A stretch of 64,000 nucleotides of DNA from Alphaproteobacteria bacterium (GCA_965225945.1 CBDDBZ010000030.1:64001-128000); one strand, 5' to 3'. Counted from the first letter of the stretch, positions 30,669 to 41,436 are shown. The notes: generated from the sequence alone by a model not told the origin. Made by a program: numbers and translations.

Positions 30669-31787
30669 ATGGCATATTCGACCGTTCGATTACAAGGCCT
30701 GATCGACCTCGCGCAGGAGGATTCCAGTGACAAGCGTCGCGAGCTCCTGGAAGAGGTCGCCGACCTGTTTCTGGACGATTCGAATGCGATGAACGACCGC
30801 GAGACGGGACTGGCCGACGACATCTTGACCAAAGTCGCGCACGACGTCGAAATGAAGGTCCGCAAGTCCCTCGCCGAGCGTTTCGCCAGCGTCGATACCG
30901 TGCCGCCGAACCTGGTACGGATGCTCGCGAGCGATGAGATCGAGGTCGCCGCGCCGATCCTGCAGGAGAGCCGGGCGCTCAGCGATCGGGATCTGATGGA
31001 CATCGTGCGGGAGAACGGGAAGGACCACATGCTGGCGGTCACGCGTCGCGAGGAAATCTCCGAGGCCGTGTCCGAGGCGCTGGTCGAGAGTGGCGACGAC
31101 GACGTTATCGTCAACTTGGTGCGCAACGCGGGTGCCCAGATTTCGCGCGGCAGCATGGAGAACCTGGTCGCGCGCTCGGAGTCGAACGCGGTGTTGCAGG
31201 AGCCGCTGGTGAAGCGGGGCGACCTGCCGGCCGATCTGATGCACGACATGTTCTGGTTCGTGTCGTCGCAGCTCAAGGAATATATCCTGACCGAAGCCAA
31301 CATGGACGAGAGTCTGGTCGCGGAGGTGATCGAGGAGACTCGGGCCAGCTTGACCCAGGAAATCGACGACTACGACGCGAAGATGCGCCGCGGTCTCCGC
31401 ATCGTGCTCCGCCGGGAGCGCGAAAGGAAGCTGAACGAGGACTACATGGTGCAGGCGCTGCGCCAGGGCGAGCGCGAGGTCTTCGTCGCGGCCTTCTCGC
31501 GGCTGGCTGAAATCGATCTGCAGACCGCCGATCGAGTCCTTTCCAACGAGTCCCCCGAGGCCATCGCCGTCGCCTGCAAGGCGAGTCAATTCATGCTGTC
31601 CACCTTTTCCAGCATCGTTCTCTTGAGCAATGAGGGAAAGACGCGCAAGGGCTTCGAGGTGGCCGAGCTGCTGGAGCTCTACAACAAGGTCCCCGACTCC
31701 GCGGCCAAGCGCGCCATGCGGTTCTGGCGCATTCGCAAGAAAGCCGAATCCGCGCCGAAGACGGCTCCCATGGCGCTGACCGCGTGA
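30669..31787 (+). CDS. DUF2336 domain protein
   Basis: LASDEIEVAAPILQESRALSDRDL, ISEAVSEALV, LVRNAGAQIS and C-terminal RAMRFWRIR. Confidence 0.85.
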   Translation: MAYSTVRLQGLIDLAQEDSSDKRRELLEEVADLFLDDSNAMNDRETGLADDILTKVAHDVEMKVRKSLAERFASVDTVPPNLVRMLASDEIEVAAPILQESRALSDRDLMDIVRENGKDHMLAVTRREEISEAVSEALVESGDDDVIVNLVRNAGAQISRGSMENLVARSESNAVLQEPLVKRGDLPADLMHDMFWFVSSQLKEYILTEANMDESLVAEVIEETRASLTQEIDDYDAKMRRGLRIVLRRERERKLNEDYMVQALRQGEREVFVAAFSRLAEIDLQTADRVLSNESPEAIAVACKASQFMLSTFSSIVLLSNEGKTRKGFEVAELLELYNKVPDSAAKRAMRFWRIRKKAESAPKTAPMALTA

Positions 31788-31795
31788 TCTCCGGC

Positions 31796-32164
31796 TCAGC
31801 CTTTGAAGGCGAGGCCGATCAAAAGGGCGATGATGCCGGCGATCGCATAGAGGGCGACGACGGCGACGCCCAGGAAAATCATGTTCCCGGTGGTCTTCAG
31901 CGGATGCACCTGGCGTTCCTGGTGGAGGCGTTCGTCGCCGCGACGGTCGCTGCCGCCGATCAGCGTCAGGAAGGCGCGGCGTCCCCCCAGGGGAAAGGCG
32001 ACCCGGATGTCGATCGGGTGGCGTCGCCACGGCCGCGCCGCGCCGATCGCCTCGCCCAAGGCGACAAGCTGTTCTTCCGTCAAGCTTTCGCGGACGTCCG
32101 GCGGCAAGCGTGACAATACGTCCTCGACCCTCGCCGCCATCGGATTCGGACGTTCTTCGGACAT
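31796..32164 (-). CDS. Conserved hypothetical protein with C-terminal TM helix
   Basis: RESLTEEQL..WRRHPIDIR..GSDRR pattern; GGGGGA upstream of ATG 32164. Confidence 0.65.
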   Translation of the reverse strand: MSEERPNPMAARVEDVLSRLPPDVRESLTEEQLVALGEAIGAARPWRRHPIDIRVAFPLGGRRAFLTLIGGSDRRGDERLHQERQVHPLKTTGNMIFLGVAVVALYAIAGIIALLIGLAFKG

Positions 32165-32385
32165 GGTCCCCCCGAGAAGGCGAATCGAATCTTTCGGCGT
32201 CTTCATTGTGACAGTCGCAGCAAGCACTTACAACGCCGAAGGCGTTCTTGGAACGAGGCCGGGTCGAGGCCGGAGCCGATCGCTCGACTTTGCCGGGGGA
32301 GTGGATCGCGTTAACCTTCGAGGCATACCCTGCGGGACGGGAGGGTGGCGATCCTCGCAACATCAATGTTCCGGGAGACGATGTC

Positions 32386-35300
32386 ATGGGTAGGGGACGA
32401 GCTTTCGACGAAAAGGCGGAGCGCTTGGGCAGAGTCGAGGCCCTCGCGCTCGAACGGTTGAAGAAGCGCGAGGCAGAGCAGTTCATCGCCTTCACCCATG
32501 CCTTCTACGACCGGGTCACGCCGGATGATCTCTTGGAGGTCTCGGTCGACAACCTTTACGGCGCGGCGCTCTCGCTATGGCAATTCGCCGCCATGCGCAA
32601 GCCCGGAGAGGCGGCGATCCGCGTCTACAATCCGAGAATCGGCGAGCACGGCTGGCAGTCGGGCCACACGGTCGTCGAAATCATCAATGACGACATGCCC
32701 TTCCTCGTCGATTCCGTGGTCGGCAACCTGGCCCGCCTGGGCCACGAGTTACATCTGCTGGTGCACCCCGTGGTCCGCGTGGCGCGCGACGACAAGGGCC
32801 GGCGGAGCAAGCTCGTCATATCGGCGCGGGACGACGAGACCGAGGCCGGCGCCGAATCGGTGATGCATATCCAGATCGGCGAGCAAACGAGCCGAGAGAC
32901 GCTCGCCCTGATCGAAACCCGGCTGGCCGAGGTCTTCGCCGACGTACGCGCCGCGGTCGAGGACTGGCCGGGCATGATGGAACGGCTCGACGAAACGATC
33001 GCCGAGTTGGAGGCGGGTGTCCCGATCGAGGCCGAGGAAGTGGCGGAGGCGAACGCCTTCCTGCACTGGATGCGGGACGATCATTTCACCTTCCTGGGTT
33101 GCCGCGATTTCGCCTACGCCAAGAAGCGCGGCAAGGAATCGCTCGAGATCGTGGAAGGCTCCGGTCACGGCATCTTGCGCGACCCCGAGCGGCAGGTGTT
33201 GCGCGGCTCCGTCGGCTCCGGCCTGACGGCGCTGGTGCACCAGTTCTTCAACCGCCCCGAGCTGTTGCTGATCACCAAGACCAGTGTGCGCGGCACCGTC
33301 CATCGCCCGGTGCACATGGACTACATCGGGGTCAAGCGCTTCGACGCGGCCGGCAAGGTCATCGGCGAACGGCGCTTCGTCGGCCTCTTCACCTCTTCGG
33401 CCTATAGCCGCACGCCACGCGAGATTCCCATCCTGCGCCGACGCATCCGCCAAGTGATCGAGCGTGCCGGGGTCGCTCCGACGAGCCACGACGGCAAGGC
33501 CCTGACGCATATTCTGGACACCTATCCCCGCGACGAGTTGTTCCAGATCGATCTCGAAACCCTGCACGACATCTCGACCGGTATCCTCGGACTGCAGGAG
33601 CGGCCCCGGATCAAGCTCTTCGCCCGGCGCGATACCTTCGACCGGTTCTTCTCCTGCATCGTCTTCGTGCCGAGGGACCGGCTGACCTCGGAACTCAGGG
33701 CGCGCTTCATCGAAATCCTCGTGGAATCGTTGAACGGCCGGCTCTCCAACGATACCGTCCAGGTTGGTGAATCCCCGTTGGCTCGGATTCACTTCATCAT
33801 CGGCTCCGAGCCGGGCGAGGCGCCGGCGGAACCCGATTACGGCCGAATCGAGGAAAAACTGGTCGAGGCGGCGCGGACCTGGAGCGACAATCTCCACGAC
33901 GCGCTGGTCGATCGTTATGGCGAGGCGCGAGGCAACGTGCTGCAGCGCCGCTACGCCGAGGCCTTTCCGGCCTCCTACACCGAAGCCTTCAATGCCGAAC
34001 GCGCGATCGGCGACATCGAGCATATCGAGGCGTTGCACGCCAGCGGCGAGGTCGGGCTCAACTTTTACCGCGTGATCGAGGACCCGGAGCACGTCGTCCG
34101 CTTCAAGATCTATCATCCGGGCCGCGCCGTGCCGCTCTCGGATTGCTTGCCGATGTTGGAGCACATGGGCTTCAAGGTCATGGGCGAGGTGCCCTTCCAT
34201 CTGACTCTGGAAGACGGCACGGACATCTGGATCCAGGATTTCGAAATGCTCGAGGCCGGTGGCGGTGCGCTCGACCTCACCGAGCTGAAGCCGAAGCTCG
34301 AGGGCGCCTTCCTGCGCATCTGGCGCGGCGAACTGGAGGACGACGGCTTCAACCGCCTGGTTCTGCGTGCCGGCCTGGAATGGCGTCAGGTGATGGCGGT
34401 GCGCGCTTTCTGCAAGTACCTCCGCCAGACCGGCAGTTCCTTCAGCCAGGACTATATGGAGGATGCGCTCGCCGCCAATCCGGCAATCACCCGCAAGCTG
34501 TTGCGCTTCTTCGAGGTCCGCTTCGATCCCGACCACGAGGGCAAACGGACGGTGCAGGCGAGCGGCCTCGTCGAGCAGATTCAACAAGCGTTGGAGGCGG
34601 TCGAGAGCTTGGACGAAGATCGCATTCTGCGCCGCTACCTGAACCTCGTGCAGTCGATGCTCCGCACCAACTTTTACCAGGACGGGGCCGACGGCGAGCC
34701 GAAGCTCTACCTCTCCTTCAAGCTCGACAGCCAGAAGGTGGCGGAGTTGCCGCTGCCCCGGCCGTTCCGGGAAATCTTCGTCTATTCGCCCCGGGTCGAG
34801 GGCGTGCACCTGCGCGGCGGCAGGGTCGCGCGCGGGGGCTTGCGCTGGTCCGACCGGCGGGAGGATTTCCGCACCGAGGTGTTGGGCCTGATGAAGGCGC
34901 AAATGGTGAAGAACGCGGTGATCATCCCGGTCGGCTCCAAGGGCGGTTTCTTCCCCAAGGCGCTGCCGGTGGGCGGCGACCGGGAGGCGGTGCAGGCGGA
35001 GGTCATCGCCTCCTACAAGACCTTCGTCCGGGGCTTGCTGGACATCACCGACAACCTCTCGGGCGGCGCCGTGGTATCGCCGCCCGCCGTCATCCGCTAC
35101 GACGACGACGATCCCTATCTGGTGGTGGCGGCCGACAAGGGTACCGCCACCTTCTCCGACATCGCCAACGACATTTCGCTGCAATACGGCTTCTGGTTGG
35201 GTGACGCCTTCGCCTCCGGTGGCAAGACCGGCTACGACCACAAGGTGATGGGTATCACCGCGCGCGGCACCTGGGAAGCGGTCAAGCGCCACTTCCGCGA

Positions 35301-37224
35301 GATGGGTCGTGACATCCAGAACGAGGACTTTACCGTCGTCGGCATCGGCGACATGTCGGGCGACGTGTTCGGCAACGGCATGCTGCTGTCGCGCCATATC
35401 CGCCTGCTGGCGGCCTTCGACCATCGCCATATCTTCATCGATCCCGACCCCGACCCCGAGGCGAGCTGGAAGGAGCGCAAGCGCCTGTTCGAGCTGCCGC
35501 GAAGCTCGTGGGCGGATTACGACGGCAAGCTGATCTCCAATGGTGGTGGCATCCATGACCGCAAAGCGAAGTCGATCACGCTCACCGAGGAGACCAAGGC
35601 GATCACGGGGCTAGACGTCGATGCGGTGACCCCGAACGAGCTGATCCACGCCCTGCTCAAGGCCGAGGTCGACTTGCTCTGGATCGGCGGCATCGGCACC
35701 TATGTGAAGGCCGCGCGGGAAGCCCATGCGGAGGCCGGTGACCGGGCCAACGATGGCCTCCGGGTCGACGGCGCCGAGCTTCGCTGCAAGGTCATGGGCG
35801 AGGGCGGCAACCTCGGCTGCACGCAGTTCGGCCGGGTCGAATACGCGCTTCGGGGTGGGCGGCTCAACACCGACGCCATCGACAATTCGGCCGGCGTCGA
35901 CAGCTCCGACCACGAGGTCAACATCAAGATCCTGATGGGCCGTGTCGTCGACGAGGGCGAGCTGACGGAAAAGCAGCGCAATCGCCAACTGGCCGAGATG
36001 ACCGACGAGGTGGGCGAGCTGGTCCTGCGCAACAACTACCTGCAGTCCCAGGCCCTGACCATGGCGGAGAGCCGCGCCCTCGATCTCCTGGAGCCCCTGG
36101 TGCGCTACATGCGGGTGCTGGAGCGTCAGGGCAAGCTCGACCGAGGGATCGAGTTCCTCCCCGACGCGGAGACCTTGGACGAGCGCCGCGCCGCCGGCCT
36201 CGGCCTGACGCGGCCGGAGCTATCGGTTCTGCTCGCCTATTCCAAGAACATCCTCTACGACCAGTTCCTGGAAAGCGACCTGACCGATTCCGAATACCTG
36301 CTGAACGACGTGGTCAAATATTTCCCCCGTCCGCTCCGCAAGCGCTTCCGGGGCGTGATCGTCGAACATCCACTGCGCAAGGAGATCATCGCCACGATCG
36401 TCGCCAATTCGGTGGTCAACCGAGTCGGCATCACCTTCGTGCACGACCTGGTGGAGGAGACCGGGGAGAGCGCCGAGGCCGTGGCCCGGGCCTATGCCGC
36501 GGCCCGCGACGCCTTCGAGCTCAGGCGCATCTGGAACCAGATCGAACAGCTCGACGACCGCGTCGAGGCGGCGGTGCAGACGGAGATCCTGGTCCAGGTC
36601 GCCGAGCTGCTGCGTTACGGCACGCTCTGGTTCCTGCGCAATCGGGCACGGCCGCTCAAAATTTCGGAAGCGCTGGAACTGTTCGCGCCGGGGATCAAGA
36701 CGGTCGCGGAATCGCTGGCCGATCTGGTCGGCCCGACGGAGGCCGTCGCGCTGGCGAAGCGGGTCGCGAATTTCCGCGCCCAAGGTATCGACGACGCCTT
36801 CGCGGAGCGGCTCGCGGGGCTCGCCCTGCTGGCGGCGGCGCCGGACATCGCGCTCGCGGCGGGCGAGACGGGTCGTCCGGTGACGGAAGTCGGCCGCGTC
36901 TACTTCCTGCTCGGGGCCAAACTCGGCCTCGACTGGCTGCGTGGCGCCGCCGATACGATCCGCCCCGGCGACTTTTGGGAGCGGACGGCGATCGCCTCGA
37001 TCGTCGACGACTTCTACGACCAGCAGCGCGGCTTGTCCGCCAAGGTGCTCGCCTCGGCGAACGGCGCCGACCCGGAGGCGATGGTCGAGAACTGGACCGA
37101 GGCGAACGCGAGCGTCGTCGCCCGCTGCGCCGGCCTGGTGGAGGATTTCCGTCAATCGGGCGATTTCGACGTCGCGCGACTGGCGCTCGCAAATCGCATG
37201 GTGCGCCGCATGCTCGCCGGCTGA
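32386..37224 (+). CDS. gdhB: Large NAD-specific glutamate dehydrogenase
   Basis: DDMPFLVDS, EGVHLRGGRVARGGLRWSDR, YLVVAADKGTATFSD, GIGDMSGDVFGNG and NTDAIDNSAGV; about 1610 aa. Confidence 0.95.
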   Translation: MGRGRAFDEKAERLGRVEALALERLKKREAEQFIAFTHAFYDRVTPDDLLEVSVDNLYGAALSLWQFAAMRKPGEAAIRVYNPRIGEHGWQSGHTVVEIINDDMPFLVDSVVGNLARLGHELHLLVHPVVRVARDDKGRRSKLVISARDDETEAGAESVMHIQIGEQTSRETLALIETRLAEVFADVRAAVEDWPGMMERLDETIAELEAGVPIEAEEVAEANAFLHWMRDDHFTFLGCRDFAYAKKRGKESLEIVEGSGHGILRDPERQVLRGSVGSGLTALVHQFFNRPELLLITKTSVRGTVHRPVHMDYIGVKRFDAAGKVIGERRFVGLFTSSAYSRTPREIPILRRRIRQVIERAGVAPTSHDGKALTHILDTYPRDELFQIDLETLHDISTGILGLQERPRIKLFARRDTFDRFFSCIVFVPRDRLTSELRARFIEILVESLNGRLSNDTVQVGESPLARIHFIIGSEPGEAPAEPDYGRIEEKLVEAARTWSDNLHDALVDRYGEARGNVLQRRYAEAFPASYTEAFNAERAIGDIEHIEALHASGEVGLNFYRVIEDPEHVVRFKIYHPGRAVPLSDCLPMLEHMGFKVMGEVPFHLTLEDGTDIWIQDFEMLEAGGGALDLTELKPKLEGAFLRIWRGELEDDGFNRLVLRAGLEWRQVMAVRAFCKYLRQTGSSFSQDYMEDALAANPAITRKLLRFFEVRFDPDHEGKRTVQASGLVEQIQQALEAVESLDEDRILRRYLNLVQSMLRTNFYQDGADGEPKLYLSFKLDSQKVAELPLPRPFREIFVYSPRVEGVHLRGGRVARGGLRWSDRREDFRTEVLGLMKAQMVKNAVIIPVGSKGGFFPKALPVGGDREAVQAEVIASYKTFVRGLLDITDNLSGGAVVSPPAVIRYDDDDPYLVVAADKGTATFSDIANDISLQYGFWLGDAFASGGKTGYDHKVMGITARGTWEAVKRHFREMGRDIQNEDFTVVGIGDMSGDVFGNGMLLSRHIRLLAAFDHRHIFIDPDPDPEASWKERKRLFELPRSSWADYDGKLISNGGGIHDRKAKSITLTEETKAITGLDVDAVTPNELIHALLKAEVDLLWIGGIGTYVKAAREAHAEAGDRANDGLRVDGAELRCKVMGEGGNLGCTQFGRVEYALRGGRLNTDAIDNSAGVDSSDHEVNIKILMGRVVDEGELTEKQRNRQLAEMTDEVGELVLRNNYLQSQALTMAESRALDLLEPLVRYMRVLERQGKLDRGIEFLPDAETLDERRAAGLGLTRPELSVLLAYSKNILYDQFLESDLTDSEYLLNDVVKYFPRPLRKRFRGVIVEHPLRKEIIATIVANSVVNRVGITFVHDLVEETGESAEAVARAYAAARDAFELRRIWNQIEQLDDRVEAAVQTEILVQVAELLRYGTLWFLRNRARPLKISEALELFAPGIKTVAESLADLVGPTEAVALAKRVANFRAQGIDDAFAERLAGLALLAAAPDIALAAGETGRPVTEVGRVYFLLGAKLGLDWLRGAADTIRPGDFWERTAIASIVDDFYDQQRGLSAKVLASANGADPEAMVENWTEANASVVARCAGLVEDFRQSGDFDVARLALANRMVRRMLAG

Positions 37225-37319
37225 TACCAACCGCCATAAATGGCGACTCCCCGGCGGGCCGCGCGAGCGGCCATCGACAAAGAGCGGTCGGGGAAGGGCA
37301 GGCCTCGGGGACTTTCGAG

Positions 37320-39536
37320 TCAGATTTCGAGCCGGACGAGCGGCGCCCCCGGATCCGGCGCCGCCCGGATCTCGCCGATCACCGCCGCCCCGCCATGGCC
37401 CACTTCGGCCAGGCGCGCGAGCACGTCGGCCGCCGCCTCGCCCGGCACGCTCGCCAGCAAGCCGCCGGCGGTCTGCGGATCGAACAGCAACGGATAAGCC
37501 GGATGGCCCTCGCCCTCGCCCGGCCGCAACACCTCGGCGAAAGCTTCGTTCGCCGGCTGTAGGGTGCTGGCGACGCCGCGCGCCAGCAATTCCCGCGCCC
37601 CGGGCAGCGCCGGCAGGTCGTCCAGGCGGAGGCGCGCACCGAGGCGCGAGGCCCGGAGCATCTCGATCAGATGGCCGAGCAGGCCGAAGCCGGTGACGTC
37701 GGTCATGGCACTCGCGCCGGCCTCGGCCAGGAGGCGGGCCGCCGGGCCGGCGCCGAGCACCATGGCGTCCAGCGCGGCCTCGATCCAGGCGCTCTCCGCC
37801 TCGGCCTTCATGTCGGCGGCGAACAGCGTGCCGGTGCCGAGCGGCTTGCTCAGCACCAGGACCTCGCCCGCCCGGGCACCGCCCTTGCGCAGCATCCCGC
37901 GTGGCCCCACCTCGCCGTTCACCGCCAGGCCGAAGGCGAGCTCCGGGCCCTCCGCCGTGTGGCCGCCGAGGAGGCGGGCGCCGGCCTCGCGAAGCGCTCT
38001 GAGCGCGCCGGCCAGCAGCGCCTCCAGGTCCGCCTCCAGCTTGTCCTCGGCCGCGTAGCGAAGCGTCACCATCGCCAGCGCGCCCGTCGGCCGACCGCCC
38101 ATGGCGTAGATGTCGCTCATGCAGTGGTTGGCGGCGATCCGGCCGAACAGATAGGGATCGTCGATGAAGGCGCGGAAATGGTCGACCGTCTGCAACAGCT
38201 CGCCCGAGGCCGGCGCGCGGATCACCGCCGCGTCGTCGGGCTGGTCGAGCTCGATTCCCGCGCCGTCGGGGCCGGCCTTCAGACGATCGAGCACCCGGTT
38301 CAGCACCGGGCTCGCCACCTTGGCGCCGCAGCCGCCGCAACGCATCACCGTCGCGCCCTCGCCCGCCGCGCCGTCGTCCATGGCCGGCAGCTCCTGGTAT
38401 TTGCGCATCCAGCGCAGGTCGATCCAGTCCTTGAGCCGCCAGACCCAGTCCCCCTGCACCGACAGCGGGCCCCAGGAGGCGACGGCGTGCTTGGCGCCGC
38501 CCGACATCAGGGCAAGCGTGCGTTTCTGCGGCCGATAGGGCCGCGCCGGGCGACCCTGGACCAGGCGGCGCAGGTTCGCCGCCAGATAGGGGCCTTGGCG
38601 CACCGCGTAGACGCCGGATTTCGGCAGTGCGCGGGGGCTGAAGGCGGCGATGTCGCCCGCCGCCAGGACGCAAGCGTGCGACGTCGATTGCAGCGTGGCG
38701 CCGACCGCGACGAAGCCCGCGGGGTCGAGCGCCAGCCCGCTCTCGGCGAGCCAGGGGGCGGCCCGGGCATGGGTCGTCAGCACGGCGCAATCGAAGCCGA
38801 CCTCGCCCGAAGGCGCCAAGCGGGCGACGCCGTCCGCCAGCGCCACCACCCGCCGGGCGGCGATGAAGGTGATGTTCCGCGCCGCCAGCAACGCCGCCAT
38901 CCGCCGCTGCACCGAGGGCGCGTGGGTCGGCAGCGGCGCCGCCTGGTCGGCGACGATGGTGAAGGCCAGGCGGCCGGGCGCGCCGCCCTGGGCCCCGAGT
39001 GCGCGTTCCAGGCGATGGTGCAGCGCCAGGCAGAGTTCCACGCCGCCCGCGCCCGCGCCGATCACCAGCAGGCGGAAGGGGCCGTCGCTGGCCAGCACCC
39101 GAGCCTCGACCTCGGCCCAGCGGGCGAGGAGGCCGTCCACCGGCTTCACCGGGATCGCCGCCTCGACGCCTCGGATCGCACCGCCGTCGGGGCTGGAGCC
39201 GATGTCGATCGACAGCAGGTCGAACGGAATTGGCGGGCGGCCCCGGGCATGGACACGCCGCGCCAGCGGATCGATATGCTCGACGGCGGCGTGATAGAGC
39301 CGGGCACCGGCGAAGCGGCAGAGCGGGCGGAGATCGACATGCGCCTCGGCGTGGCCGTAGTGCCCGGCCAGCAGCCCCGGCAGCATGCCGGAATAAGCGG
39401 TCACCACCTCGCGGCTGACCACCGTCAGCCGGACGCCCGGCACCGGGCGCATGCCAAAGCTCTTGATCACCTCGACATGGCAATGGCCGCCGCCCACCAG
39501 CACGATGTCGCGTTCGACCGGGCTCGCCTGCTTCAC
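37320..39536 (-). CDS. selD: Selenide, water dikinase fused to an N-terminal FAD/NAD(P) oxidoreductase domain
   Basis: LVGGGH, IGAGAGG and AAGD in the N-terminal domain; then CGGCGAK, DDAA, QTVD, SDIYAMGG, GGHT, DVTGFGLLGH and DPQTAGGLL. Confidence 0.93.
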   Translation of the reverse strand: MKQASPVERDIVLVGGGHCHVEVIKSFGMRPVPGVRLTVVSREVVTAYSGMLPGLLAGHYGHAEAHVDLRPLCRFAGARLYHAAVEHIDPLARRVHARGRPPIPFDLLSIDIGSSPDGGAIRGVEAAIPVKPVDGLLARWAEVEARVLASDGPFRLLVIGAGAGGVELCLALHHRLERALGAQGGAPGRLAFTIVADQAAPLPTHAPSVQRRMAALLAARNITFIAARRVVALADGVARLAPSGEVGFDCAVLTTHARAAPWLAESGLALDPAGFVAVGATLQSTSHACVLAAGDIAAFSPRALPKSGVYAVRQGPYLAANLRRLVQGRPARPYRPQKRTLALMSGGAKHAVASWGPLSVQGDWVWRLKDWIDLRWMRKYQELPAMDDGAAGEGATVMRCGGCGAKVASPVLNRVLDRLKAGPDGAGIELDQPDDAAVIRAPASGELLQTVDHFRAFIDDPYLFGRIAANHCMSDIYAMGGRPTGALAMVTLRYAAEDKLEADLEALLAGALRALREAGARLLGGHTAEGPELAFGLAVNGEVGPRGMLRKGGARAGEVLVLSKPLGTGTLFAADMKAEAESAWIEAALDAMVLGAGPAARLLAEAGASAMTDVTGFGLLGHLIEMLRASRLGARLRLDDLPALPGARELLARGVASTLQPANEAFAEVLRPGEGEGHPAYPLLFDPQTAGGLLASVPGEAAADVLARLAEVGHGGAAVIGEIRAAPDPGAPLVRLEI

Positions 39537-39778
39537 CCGCGCTTCCCTCGCTCGTCGGCGCGATCCGCTACGGCGGACGCGGGCCGCTGGGGCCCGGCCG
39601 TCGTCTCGCTCGCCACGAGCGCGGTGCTCTGCCTCGGCTTCACCGACGAAGCGCGGTCGAAACGATAACCGCCGCCGGCACTGCCCGCGCTATCGAGCCC
39701 CCACCGCCGCACGCACGGCGCGTTCGGTCGGCGCTCCTTTCGTCCTCGCCCCCTGATTCAACGGGCGGGCGAGGATCT

Positions 39779-39873
39779 TGGCGGAAAGGAGTGGGGGTCG
39801 AACCCACCAGGCACGCCTAGCGCCCCTCACCGGTTTTGAAGACCGGGGCCGCCACCGGACGACATCCCCTTCC
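39779..39873 (-). tRNA. selC: tRNA-Sec (anticodon UCA)
   Basis: Minus strand GGAAGGGGATGTCGTCCGGTGGCGGCCCCGGTCTTCAAAACCGGTGAGGGGCGCTAGGCGTGCCTGGTGGGTTCGACCCCCACTCCTTTCCGCCA: 95 nt, 8-bp acceptor stem, CTTCAAA loop, long variable arm, GTTCGA, CCA end. Confidence 0.95.
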
Positions 39874-40099
39874 AACGCCCTTGATAGCGAAGCCGGGCGC
39901 GATTGGCCAGGGGTCGGGGCCTCGCCGCCATATGCACCGCCAGGAGGCGGACGATAGGCACACGCTCGCGGTTGTGGGCATGGGCGAGGGGAGCGAGGCC
40001 ATTGTTATCCCTCGCAGGCACCTCGGCACCCCGCCGCGCTTCCTCGGCCGACGATTTCCTCCCCGCCGGCTCGACGAGGGGCGGAACGGCGCGACCGCG

Positions 40100-40420
40100 C
40101 TACGCGCCGGCGAAGTCCATGGCGCGCCGGATCCAGTCCTCCAAGGCCTCGCCGTCGAGACCGGGCGGTAGCACGACATAGTTCTTCTTCACCGGCGCCC
40201 GCGGAAAATACCTGAGTGGTTTGCCGCCCTGGTCGATCAGCCCGTCGCGGTCGTCGCGGGGCAATTTCAGCGCCAGGCCGACGGGCGTCAGGGTCATGAA
40301 GATGCGGCCGTCGAGATAGGCCGCGGCACCGCCGAAGAAATGCTTGCAGGCGATATCGGCGCCGCCCGCGCGGGCAGGCGCGAGGATCGTCTCGAGCTCC
40401 GTCAAGTAGCGCGCCACCAT
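40100..40420 (-). CDS. TfoX/Sxy N-terminal domain protein
   Basis: KHFFGGAAAYLDGRIF, LALKL and KNYVVLP..WIRRAMDF pattern. Confidence 0.75.
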   Translation of the reverse strand: MVARYLTELETILAPARAGGADIACKHFFGGAAAYLDGRIFMTLTPVGLALKLPRDDRDGLIDQGGKPLRYFPRAPVKKNYVVLPPGLDGEALEDWIRRAMDFAGA

Positions 40421-40485
40421 ATCTCTTCAGATCGCCCAGAGCACGAGGATGGTCGGAATCGGGAACCGCGTGATCCGCTCGCCGG

Positions 40486-41436
40486 TCACGGCCCCGCCTC
40501 GCGGACCCGGTAGCCGAGGCGGGGGAAGTGGACGTGGACGCGGCCGACCGCATCGTCGTCGCGGGCGAGCGTGATCTCGCCCGCCGTGGCGCGGACCACC
40601 CGGCCGGCAACCGGATCGGGGGCGAAATCCTCGCTCCCGATCTCGACCCATCGCCCCTCCAGCGCCTCGCCCGTGGCCTCCAGCGGCCGGGGTTCCGAGC
40701 GCCGCGCCACGGCGAGCGCCTCCTCGGGCGCCATCTCCCGGCGCCGGCCGTGGCCGATCGCGGCGATGCGTCCCATCCAGCCACCAAGCGCCGGTAGGGG
40801 CGCCAACACGTCGGCGGCCCGGCCGTCGAAGGCGCCGAGCCACCAGAGCCGCTGGTAGAGCGCGAAGTCGCCGAGGTTGGGCGCCTGGCCGATCAGGTAG
40901 GCGCGGCCGTCGGCGAACAGGCTCTCGAGCCAGCCGAGCATCAGTTGCAACTGCGCCCGATCATGCGCCAGCCCCCGGGCCAGATCGGCCGGCGTCGGGG
41001 CCGGGTGGCCGCGCATCGCCGCCCGGTCGGCGAAGAAGTCGGGACCCAGCCGCTCGGCGTTCCGCGCGGTGACGTAGCGCGCGCTCGGCCACATCAGCAC
41101 CCGCTCGGCCCAGGTCGCGTGGAGCTGGATCGCGCCCGCCTCGGCCGGGGGAAGTACGGCCGGCGTCGGCGCCCGGCGGTCGAGTTCGACCGCGATGGCG
41201 GCTGTATCGCAATGGATGTCGGCGCCGATTTGCAGGACGGGCGTGCGGCGGAAGCCGCCGGTGAGCGGGGTCAGAAGCGGCTTCGGCGCCACCATCGGCT
41301 GGATCACCGAGGCCCAGGCGAGCCCCTTCAGCCCCAGCACCAGGCGAATCTTCTCGGCAAAGGGCGAGATGTCGTAGTGATGCAGGATCAGGCCGTCGTC
41401 GCCGTCGCCGTCGCCGCCGGCCGCCGCCGCGCTCAC
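40486..41436 (-). CDS. Glutathione S-transferase family protein
   Basis: LHHYDISPFAEKIRL, GGFRRTPVLQIGADIHCDT and VHVHFPRLGY. Confidence 0.9.
   Translation of the reverse strand: MSAAAAGGDGDGDDGLILHHYDISPFAEKIRLVLGLKGLAWASVIQPMVAPKPLLTPLTGGFRRTPVLQIGADIHCDTAAIAVELDRRAPTPAVLPPAEAGAIQLHATWAERVLMWPSARYVTARNAERLGPDFFADRAAMRGHPAPTPADLARGLAHDRAQLQLMLGWLESLFADGRAYLIGQAPNLGDFALYQRLWWLGAFDGRAADVLAPLPALGGWMGRIAAIGHGRRREMAPEEALAVARRSEPRPLEATGEALEGRWVEIGSEDFAPDPVAGRVVRATAGEITLARDDDAVGRVHVHFPRLGYRVREAGP

Noticed and set aside
36220-39483. 1087-aa minus-strand ORF, and other long overlapping ORFs such as 22729-25359, 32749-35556 and 47588-50149
   Set aside because: Antisense or alternative-frame shadows of real genes, expected at this GC content; no motifs.
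39540-39778. Island integrated at the selC 3' end, or a gene between selC and selD
   Set aside because: No integrase and no duplicated tRNA 3' end seen; only a short hydrophobic stretch with no convincing start.
40427-40489. 20-codon ORF (VTGERITRFPIPTILVLWAI) overlapping the GST stop
   Set aside because: Too short to support; may be a remnant or chance.
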